A stretch of DNA of 57,974 nt, the filler included, from Perkinsus olseni (Eukaryota): assembly GCA_013115125.1 (NCBI GenBank). It is 2 parts of 2 records of this genome, joined end to end, with 100 filler letters (N's around TTAATTAATTAA, not from the genome) between each part and the next. Parts side by side here need not be neighbours in the genome. Positions count along the whole stretch, not along the records: positions 29,074 to 57,974 come from JABANN010000440.1; 1 more part is not named here. The stretch is one strand, 5' to 3'. The notes under the pieces are model-generated. The model saw only the letters and a program-made list of their open reading frames with translations, made no database searches and was not told the DNA's origin. Below are positions 48,583 to 57,974 of this stretch, piece by piece; within the stretch, counting starts at the first letter, position 1, and each line of letters opens with the position of its first letter. Position numbers and translations under genes: made by a program.

Positions 48583-50256
48583 ATGCTCCCTAAACTTTCG
48601 ACTTGCACCGTCATTACTCTGCTGGCTGCCCATGCCGCCCCACCACAAGCGGGCAACGTGCGCATGCGCGTTACCACCAAGGACTACTGCAATCCAGACT
48701 TGAAGGACGGCCACGGCAACCCTGCTCCGTGCGGCGTTTCGAAGTCCATGGAGACCTTCGGCCTGACCCTCCCCGGCATGGATGACGGTGTTCTCACAAC
48801 CAGAGAGGATATCATCATCACTAACGATGGTCAAGTGTCGGTCAAGGCTTTGCCCAATTACCCCTACCAGTTCATCATGACGGTGGAGTCACCCGAGTCG
48901 ACACGTGTCGAGCAACTTTACGACCATCAGTCCTCTGTCCTCGCCGAAGCTCCTCTCCCCAGCTACGTGAGCCGTCTCCACAATGCCGGCATTGACGCAG
49001 CTGATCTTGAGGCTCAGGGGTGGACCCATGAAGGTGTCGAGGAGCTGAATGGTGATGCTGCTATGAGCAGGTGGTCTAAGAAGGGTCCAGAAGGTGTCGA
49101 CCCCAAGGATGGCACCAACTACACGGCCCTCTACCAGACTGGTCTTATGCCTGACACTTGGGTTCTCTTCATCGATGAGGGAACCCACCAGCCTGCTAAG
49201 CTGCTCGCCATGGACACGTATGTTGGGAGTAAGGTCTTCCAAGAATCCACTTTTGAACAGTTCGAGTCCCTTCATGAGGACCTCAGCATCGAGTCGGCTA
49301 CCGAGGCTATGTATCAGACTTACCGGATCGATTCTCACCGCGGCCTCGACGAAGCTCCTGGAAGAGGGGCCCCGTTGGTCATGGCAGATTATATGGCCGG
49401 TGACTTCCTTCCCGAGAGGTCTCGTGCTTTCTTTGAGGAGCACGAGGCAGTGGACTGGATGAGCGAACACCGATCTCTCCGTCAGGCCTCTGTCGCTCGA
49501 GGAATCGAGTACTTCACCATCGAGAAGGATTCCGCGGCCGACATCTACTTCCACGCTTCGAGTCATCGTCAACTCGTCGAGGTTTTCAGTTTCGATTTCC
49601 CCAAGGGATGCAGTGACGGGAAGTCCGCCGACAGTTCCAAAAAGTACTGCTTGTTCGCTTCCGTCGATGTATCTGTAGGCGAGTCCATCGCCGTGAAGGG
49701 TGGTATGACGTACAAGGATATCAAAAACCCTGCCTTCAGCGCCCACTTGAGTCTGTCAGCGACTCTCCAGAAGGACGGCGATGAACTCGTACTCGATCTC
49801 GAGTTCGAGGCCGGTGGATGTGCTTTAGTTCTCCAATACGGAGAAGGAGCAAGCCTTACGATAACCGTCTGCATCTACGGTAAGGCCGGTGGCGAATCCC
49901 TCCTTCAACCGGATAAGCGAACCTTCTACGGCGAGGCAGGTATCGATGTGAAGTTCTACGTCCACCTACCCGTGGCCGGCAGCATCATTAACTGGACTAT
50001 CAGCGCCAAGGTCGGGTGTACGGCGAAACCCAAAAATGTTATTTCGGCTTACGGCAACATCGGCACTCAGGCTTCCGTTAAGCTTGCCAAGGCTAGTGTA
50101 TCTATTGATCTCAAGGGAAACACTGTTGACCACATCGCCAACAAGTGGGAGTTTAACTCCAACTCCTACTTCCATGCTTCAGTCGGAGCTTGGAAACTAA
50201 AGAAGTCTTGGGACAAGCAATGGCAGTTGTGGCATGCAGGCCCTATCAAGTTCTGA
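48583..50256 (+). CDS. Single-exon secreted hypothetical protein (557 aa)
   Basis: Long ORF with strong codon bias, an N-terminal signal peptide, upstream CAG acceptors, a beta-rich C-terminal domain and three HRxLx[E/Q] motifs. Confidence 0.9.
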   Translation: MLPKLSTCTVITLLAAHAAPPQAGNVRMRVTTKDYCNPDLKDGHGNPAPCGVSKSMETFGLTLPGMDDGVLTTREDIIITNDGQVSVKALPNYPYQFIMTVESPESTRVEQLYDHQSSVLAEAPLPSYVSRLHNAGIDAADLEAQGWTHEGVEELNGDAAMSRWSKKGPEGVDPKDGTNYTALYQTGLMPDTWVLFIDEGTHQPAKLLAMDTYVGSKVFQESTFEQFESLHEDLSIESATEAMYQTYRIDSHRGLDEAPGRGAPLVMADYMAGDFLPERSRAFFEEHEAVDWMSEHRSLRQASVARGIEYFTIEKDSAADIYFHASSHRQLVEVFSFDFPKGCSDGKSADSSKKYCLFASVDVSVGESIAVKGGMTYKDIKNPAFSAHLSLSATLQKDGDELVLDLEFEAGGCALVLQYGEGASLTITVCIYGKAGGESLLQPDKRTFYGEAGIDVKFYVHLPVAGSIINWTISAKVGCTAKPKNVISAYGNIGTQASVKLAKASVSIDLKGNTVDHIANKWEFNSNSYFHASVGAWKLKKSWDKQWQLWHAGPIKF

Positions 50257-51179
50257 AGAGTCTACTCGTCAACCAGCCTTTTGAGAGACTGAAGTTGTAA
50301 AAAACTTCAGTTTTGGAGTTCCACCACTTATTCACTTTTTCCGCGAGGGACTCTCGCTTTTAGAGTCAAAAATATCGGAAGCGTCACTGCGTAGTCGACG
50401 CGAATCGTTTGAGGCCCCCGATCGTTTGAGACATCGGGAGCCTCATGTCTTGACCCTTGTCCTATGTAAATAGTTTTCACCTAAGGAGACTGCAAATGAG
50501 CTCGGGGCGTCGGCGGAGCCGATTGCGTCGTACCCTTGTCAACCGTCGATGGGAGGAGAAGTCTCCAACAAGTTCTGATCATGTTGTGTTTCGAACCAGG
50601 GCACGGTCTTGGGGACAGACTTTCCGTCTGAGTGCGAGCGTCCATGAGTACTGTATAATGTATCAGCAGTATCTCCCAGAGAGCTGCACAAGCGGAATCC
50701 TGCGCTATGAATCATATGTAAGGTCACCTGACTCAGGTGGACTATGGATGAAAATAAAGGAACAGCATCTGACCGGGTCGTCAGTAATCCTCAGTAGCCC
50801 ACCTTTAGGTCCCCGGTCAGAATNNNNNNNNNNNNNNNNNNNNNNNNNNNNNNNNNNNNNNNNNNNNNNNNNNNNNNNNNNNNNNNNNNNNNNNNNNNNN
50901 NNNNNNNNNNNNNNNNNNGCATTCTATTAACTACTCAGCAAGCAAGTCGGTCAAATGTCTAACAGTTACACGGTAGCGATAGTATTTCATTAACACTATG
51001 AGGAGTACCAATTACACAGACAGCTGAATGATTGAAGTTGGGGTAAAATTAATAGCGCCTTCTCGCTGGGCGTCGCGAGAATGTCTCTGTGATTTCGCTA
51101 ATCCTCAAAATTACTACAGAAAAATGCAAGCACGAACAATTTCGTGGCGCGCGAAAAACGAGCGAAGCATACATACCGT

Positions 51180-54100
51180 CTACTTGCTCACGTCGACGAG
51201 TATTTCACTACTGTCAATATCGGCAAGCTCGGCGCTTCCGGCCATCTGGGACGAGCGTTCAAGCTCTTCCTTGGCCTGCCGATTGTTCTCGGGAGACACG
51301 GGAGCTTCCGAGCTCTGCAGGCGAACACGACCCACTAAGGAGGCATGGTCGGAAGTACGGTTACTGAAATGAAGGAAGCAGGGATAGAACCCAGGACCTC
51401 GCAAAAGAAAGCCGAGGGCACTACGTATTGTGACTATTGATCTGCCTCCTCAATCCTCGTTCCTCTTTCTTGTCTCCACTCAGCACGGCCTTAGCACAGG
51501 CGCTCCTCAAAGGCACATCTGCTCGCCACAGCTGGGCGGGCGCTATGGTGACCATCATGACCTGAAAAAGACTCTAACCACTCCCCCAGCGAAAGTCCAA
51601 TCTCATCATTTCCGACTCGTTAACAATCGTTTCACGCTGAGGGAGATCTCTAGGATTCATAGGAGCCATCCCTGGCCATGTTCCATAGTCAATGACCGTG
51701 GACTATGAGCGTGGCTATGCCCCTCCCGAAACGCCGGAACAAAAACCGGTATTTTCATGCTCCACCGCGTGCCCGAGCTAGTCTTCTCAACGACCACTAT
51801 ACCAAATTTTTGAAAGCTCATAACCATCGAGAAGGGCTTCAAGAGACCCAGCCCTGAGTATCACCTCTTGCGCGCTTGAGCTGCTGCTAGCACTGGTAGA
51901 ACTTAGGCTACTCTCAGCGGGGGGACGATTGCCGGCAGCCGCTACACCTAAATGCACACTCGGGAATACCAAAACTTTCCCAAAACATCGTCACTCACCT
52001 TCCTCAGCCGGATTCGTGACTCCGCTCTTAACCCAGAGGTAGTCCAAACGCTTGGGACAGGAGGGAACATCCTGAGCCAACTCTAACAGATCTGTCGCGC
52101 GCCACGAAATTATTACCTGGTCACTTGTGACGCCGTATTTGGCCAGACTCTCGTCACTTAGATCTCCCCAGTCGCCTTCATAACTCGGGGCTCTCGGCAG
52201 GCTCTCTTTATCCGCATGCATTTGCCACACATCCTGAAACCCCGCTTTTCCCAGAAAATCCCGGACACGGGCGTAAGCAGTCGCGCTCGACTGGGCAGTT
52301 GGACTCGTGTCCTCATCGGAAGATCTTGAGGTGGTACACACCGTCCGAGACGGCGATGACGACGGTGACTTCGGCAGGACCTGACGCAGGCTGATAGTAG
52401 AACACTATCTCTAATTCACGACTGCTAGTGTGCTCGCGTACAGTACGGACAAAGGAGGCTTCAAATTAGCTCTAGCCAGCTTTGAATAGATCTGTAGTTT
52501 TCCGAGCGTTCTTGACGAATCGGCCAACCCTTCGCAATTCAACCTCCGGATCATTCCGATCACTGTGTGCTCGCAACTGATCGAGACTAGCTCGGCGCGA
52601 GAGAAAGTCCAGAAATGATTCTTCCCTCCCGTCAGATCGTTCACCTTCTCGGCATTGAGGTGTTAACGAGGCGTTTCGGTAGCGCCAGTTCGGCACGGTT
52701 CCGAGGTCTCAAATACCACTCCATTCTCAAGAGAGCGGTCAAAATAACAGCAAAGTGGCTCGAATGGTAATGTTCAGTCGCTGTTCGCCATAACTTAGCT
52801 AATTATCTTCTTCTCTATTACTTTAGCGCTCGCCCCGGAGTCCCTGCCGGTGCCATCGATGTTCCAGTCGCCAGTCATAGCCGCCGCTGCCACACGGAGG
52901 CCTCTCGAGGAACACTCTCTCTCGAGATAGGCGACAACGTCGACAACAACTTTCTGAGGGAAAATGTCCGAAATAGGGGAAAATCCACCCATAATCGTCG
53001 CTCCATCTATCACTACCAGCTGAGCCAATTTGACATCGGGATCGTGACCAGCATCAAGATGCGTGGTTACTACGATGATTACCTGTGCATTAACAGTATC
53101 AAGCATAACACAGAACTCCGTCGAGTGTAAATTTTTCGGCTTTTCCTTCAAGGCAGTAATCACTACGAAAACAATTTTCAGATTCTCAATTTGCAGATCG
53201 ATTTCGCAAAATGGTGAGGAGCAAGGTGTGGGGGAGTTGAGAGAATTACGGTATGACGATGTGCAAATTCATTCGATCGCTTGACCCGAGAGACCGCTTT
53301 CTCGCTCCGCTTCCCTGTAGTACATCTTTTCCGCGGTCAAGAACAACTCCGAGAGCCCCCTTGGATGCTAGGGCATCCTCACCAGTCGCAACAGCGAATC
53401 GAGAAAACCTGGAGAAAACAACTTCACAAAGAATAGAACCAGCAACCTCTCGCTCTGAAAGTCAACACTACTACCACTAGGCCAATCACACACATAGATA
53501 TTACTTTTCCATGAGTATCGGCCATCTTGACATTATGACTAATCCTGAGTCCAAGAATTTCGTCGGCGCTGAGCACTCGCACAGGTGCGTTCCGAACGCT
53601 TTGGTGGCGTACTTCAGCTGCGTCCCTGCAAGACAACACCGCTACCACCAGACGCCCAGTCAGCAGTCACGATGAAATAACAAGTTGACGGGCGGTTTAC
53701 CATATTCATAACATCGTTCATGCGCTCTAAAAACGATCCTGTCCAGCAGAAGCACCATTCCGTTAGGAGATCGAAACCAAGGACAGGACCACCCTCTTAC
53801 GATTCTGAACGTATCTTATGAGCTGCCCTCTAGCAAAGAAGCGTCCGCAGAAGAGGGTATTGATCATGCTGGCTACAGCAGACTGTCGACCTGTCCATGC
53901 TTCCTGCAGCGTTACAACCTGTGAGCACAGCATGAGGAGGTTAATGATGCATCTTTGAATTGTATACGAATAGCGTCCATAAAAAATAGTTATTCCGGGT
54001 GACGGAGAAGATACGATAGGAAAATATGAGGCCACTATACCACAGTACAACAATGTGGGCACTAAGCGAAAGAAGAGGCCACTCCGCCGTCCTCGCGCCA

Positions 54101-54760
54101 CGTGTCACAGCGGCCCCATTCTTACACGTGGCATTTCTCTACTACAGCCGGCATACCACACCACGGAAATCCCCGATGAATTGCAGATGCACCCCCATTG
54201 TGTGAAACGCTAGCCCAATACGCACTACGCGTTACACGACGCGAAATGACTCCATTTTACGCCTGAAAATTATTCGGCCAAAACGCCCTCACTACATCCA
54301 GATCGTATCTCTGCGCTTGCTGCTCGATATGTCGACAAACCCGCTGAGCTCTCTCTGGGATACGGGGATCCAAACAGCCTGGGAATCTCGCCCGAACCTG
54401 AGACAAACCAAACGCCGCAATAGACGCGAAAGGGTGACACCATTCGAATGGCTTAATTCACGGAAAATTGGCACTATCGAAATTTCTTGATACGCGGGAA
54501 AGCAATATTTGAGCTGTTTGAAAAATCTGAGATTTACTGTTAATTTACAAGGTGAAGGGGCTAATAATCACTTTGTTTCCTTCTTATCAGACTTGGTACT
54601 ATTCTGTGCTTGTTTTTGTATTTTTGACAAAAAAAATCTCTTTTTCCAGAAAATTTACGATTAGATCTGCATGTTTAACGAAAAATTATGCAAAATTTTT
54701 TCCTCATTTACTACCGGTATTAACCACGTGTTGAACGTCATGATATTGATGACATCTCCC
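51180..54760 (-). CDS. Endonuclease/exonuclease/phosphatase family protein (sphingomyelinase-like), multi-exon
   Basis: Ordered EEP motifs across exons: IMTFNTWL, DVVTLQEAW, TTHLDA, GDWN, RLDYLW, SDH. Ends are approximate. Confidence 0.85.
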
Positions 54761-55258
54761 TCAGCCGTATCTTTGGTCGAAGCTGGCAAATTGCAAACTT
54801 CTGGAGAATCTTCTGAATTTTGCATTTTAAAAACAAGCTAAGAGCGGTCGATGGATACACGATATTCGAGTTAACGAATCTTTCCTGTGCCAGTATCGAG
54901 GTAGGAGCGACTTTGGATACACAATCAATCGGCGGAGACGCGGATCAGTTCTTGACGGCGGAGCGAAGAACTGAAAATGATTTTCTAGCGGAGCGAAGCG
55001 ACGCGTGTTGTCCATTTTCGTCCACCAATCCAACGAGGTCACGCGGGTCGTTAATGAGCCAATTCTCATAATCAAAATCGATTCTGGAAACGCATTTTCG
55101 TGCGAAAATCAAATCCAGAAATACTTCATCGAACGGGGAGATGGTGTTATGATCGTTGAAGTTTCTGTCGCCTAGAAATTTGAGCGTATCTTTTCTCACT
55201 GTGCATGACCATAATGAAGCTTAAGATTCTCAGCTGTACACTGTCAATAGTCTCTTGA

Positions 55259-57974
55259 ATGGTAGTTGGCGGCAGTAAGAAGAGCTCGTCGTCGGCCGCC
55301 GCCGCCAAGGGCAAACCGAAGGGAGCTGGCCCAGTCAAACCGAAGTTCAAAACCGCCAAGATGAACGCGAAGGGTGGTAAAGGAAGATGGAGTAATAATG
55401 AGGGAGGGGGTTGCGGTTAGATTCGAGGGCATATCTTCTGTCACGTACTATGATCAACCTAAGATACTCATCAAAATTGGATAATGATTTTGATATATTT
55501 TGACTCAATTATTAGCCGATCGTAGAGACAATAACGAGGGGAGGTGCGATTGGTATCGAAAGGCATATCTTTCGTCACGAACTATGATCAACCTAGGATA
55601 CCCATACAATAGAAGATAATAAAGCTATGTTATATACGGAAATACTCGACAGCTGCATTCGTCTATGCTGAACTATTTCACGCGAAATATTTAACTGACG
55701 ACAGTCTACGACCAGCATTGGCATGCTTTAATTTTCAATCGCCAAGATAAACGCAAAGGGTGGTGAAGAAGTATGTCGTGAATATTATGGAGGCGAGGTT
55801 TGCGGTTAGATTGAAGGGCATATCTTTCGTCACGAACTATGGTCAACCTAGGATACTCGCACAAGATTATGATAGCGTGTACATTACCATTTCAATTCTG
55901 TGTCTGTAACCGTCGGTAATAGCTCTGAGGGCGATAAGAGGGTTGGTTCATTAGTAATGAGGAGCGATCGAGACCCGGAATCGTAATCGAAAGCAGCCCT
56001 TGTCCGAACTGATGATGAATGGCGGGTGCCATGAGAGTGTTTGGAAATACGACCGCAGGAGACTGCACTTGTCAGCCGTCCTTTACGACGCATTTGGACT
56101 TTTTCACTTTCTCGGTACACTCGCTAATACAGCAACATACATGCCCGCTCAGAGTTCAATATCATTGGCAAAGCTTTAATGGCAACGGCTCGAATGAACG
56201 TAGATCGGGTAAAAATTGATCGGTCGCTATTAATAAGGGGATGAGCGACTCACTGTCAATAACGGCTCGTGACGAGCTGTAACACTATTACACTGTTAAC
56301 ACTGACAGTGTTAAACACGTCACAACACGTGTCACGTTTCCGTGTAGTTGGTAGTCTGTTCTTTTGCGGGTACTGTCGTTGGAGCATCATTCAGGTGAAG
56401 GGCACCTCTCTCTTTTATTGCCTTTGATCAGCCTAAGATACTCTACGAAAGTACATAATTATGCGAGAATCGGTCTACAGAAAATCAGCTTTTTATTGGG
56501 TTATCCAGCCTTGTTTCGTCGATGCATCTATTCAAATCTTCACACTGGCGAATCTGTTGTCGATGATACCATCGGTTGCAAGGGAAGATCTGCGGTAAAA
56601 CGGGCGACCATTGTTTCTTCGTCCCGGAAAGAACTGTGCTTTTTTTTGTCTTTGGTCCGGTAAAATAAGCCTGATTCGTATTTGGTTGACTTTGAGCCTG
56701 AAAGACTCGACAAAATTTGTTTCGGAGGTTTTCAGTAACACGGGAGACGGCATGCCGGAAAAAGATGACCTGTCGAGGGATCGAACCTGGGTTATTGGGG
56801 TGTTATTCAGACAACCCTGCCATGCGAGCAGCCAAGCGTCGGCAACAGAAGCAGCAGTTGGCGAACCTCCCGCCTGAGGAAGCCAAGGAGAGGCGACGTG
56901 AAGAGAAGGCGGCTAGTCGTCAACCAAGTAGTATATTTTGGGAGCCCGAGGCGATGCAGTTGAGGGTCGAACGGCTTACTTGTGGTAAGCGAGATGCTGA
57001 GGTATTCCTTCGTGTTATATATTATTATTATTTTGCTATTTTATTATAATATTAAGATATTTGTTTAGAGGTAGATGTCGTTCATGCTCGATAAAAACCG
57101 GATTGAGTTTTTTTCATTTTTGTATTTTCCATTGTTATGGTACGATTTTTTTCTCATTTTTACGACAATCTGTTACACTGTAACGAGTACCCAGAGAGTA
57201 TCTTGGTGCATGGAATAGGTCAGGTCGAAAAGATACATTGGAAGAACGGGTCGATTATTTCTCTCGATCTTTCGCGAATCATAGGTCGACCTGTCATGTG
57301 TTATGGTGAATCTAGGAGTATCTTTTATTATTTTGATATACGGTTCACCGGGCGGTGGAACAGCGCGAGACTTACCTGAGTCGAATTAAATTTTTCGTTC
57401 ATCTCAAACGTTCATAGGCGGACGTTCGTTATTTACTAGCAACCAGGGCCGACCTTTGGAATCTTCGCTGTGCGCGGTGGAAAGAATCTCTGCTCAGAGC
57501 CGAAGCATGAAGATATCAAGTTGGAAGTCCACACTGAGACGGTCGAACCAGCGGATATCAAGTCACTTGCCGGTATATAATTTCGGGAATTTCGTGGCGC
57601 GTGACGGTTTTAGTCAGGTTCCAAATGGTTCAATATAGCAGTTCAAAAACGCCCTACTAAGGGTGAAGAAACCAACGGCAACTTGGAGGAGCTTCACAAG
57701 GAAGCTGAGGAACTTTACAACTCGACGGTCGCAAGATTTGAATCGCTCATGCGAAAAGATTCCGAGCAAGCTTGGTTGAGGAAGACGGTCAAAGTTGGCA
57801 CTCTTTCCGATAGAGTGACGGCCCTGGTGACGATGTCCCAGTTTTGCCCTGTGCTTGCACTCCCGCAATTGAAAGCGCTGTTGGCGATGTGCAGCAAAAA
57901 GGCGGCGAGGGAGGTGCAAGTGGGAGTTGACGCCGTCAAGGAGCTCTTGTTGACCGAGTTCTTGCCAAAAGATC
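55259..57974 (+). CDS. MAK21: Ribosome biogenesis protein MAK21/NOC1 (CEBPZ family), 5' part
   Basis: The exon from 57618 encodes WLRKTVKVGTLSDRVTAL...LKALLAMCSKK...AVKELL...LP. A Lys-rich first exon (55259-55376) is phase-compatible, but the linkage is inferred. Confidence 0.8.
55353..55868. repeat. Three degenerate ~70-bp direct repeats; one includes a duplicate of the exon-1 end
   Basis: GGCATATCTT...GTCACG.ACTATG.TCAACCTA.GATAC near 55428, 55562 and 55817; CGCCAAGAT.AACGC.AAGGGTGGT at 55354 and 55740. Confidence 0.85.
56766..56840 (-). pseudogene. tRNA-like element related to 389-446
   Basis: Minus strand GCTCGCATGGCA ... ACCCAGG-TTCGATC-CCTCGACAGGTCA, then a T-rich run; no anticodon stem. 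Confidence 0.5.

Noticed and set aside
48889-49746. 285-aa antisense ORF
   Set aside because: It is a shadow of the strongly codon-biased sense gene and has no independent coding features.
55404-55868. Spaced direct repeats as a CRISPR-like array, or GISFVTNYDQP as a DEAD-box motif
   Set aside because: The repeats are long, diverged and irregularly spaced in a eukaryotic intron; the frames contain stops and no other helicase motifs.

Overview
Eukaryotic, intron-rich genomic DNA from a flagellated alveolate, most consistent with Perkinsus. This is an inference from the alveolate-type 39-aa eL41, a CRT-like transporter, radial-spoke and cilia genes, short GT-AG introns and a dinoflagellate/perkinsid spliced-leader-like 22-mer. 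Recognisable genes: tRNA-Arg(ACG), a CRT-like transporter, two near-identical RPL41 genes, RSPH4/6 hosting an antisense intronic tRNA-Glu(CTC), an EEP-family phosphodiesterase and the start of MAK21/NOC1. Also present are coiled-coil and secreted hypothetical proteins, a four-copy membrane-anchored gene family, a spliced hAT-like transposase relic, a gag-like relic and two solo-LTR-like insertions with 4-bp TSDs. The draft assembly has several N gaps, one containing an artificial stop linker. Most notable unannotated signals: (1) a dual-guide box C/D snoRNA combining U35/snR73 and U29/snR71 guides; (2) three HRxLx[E/Q] PEXEL-like motifs in one secreted protein; (3) a relict spliced leader; (4) a family of tRNA-like B-box elements; (5) a T-shaped triple hairpin and several perfect palindromes. 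All calls were made by eye; no searches were run.
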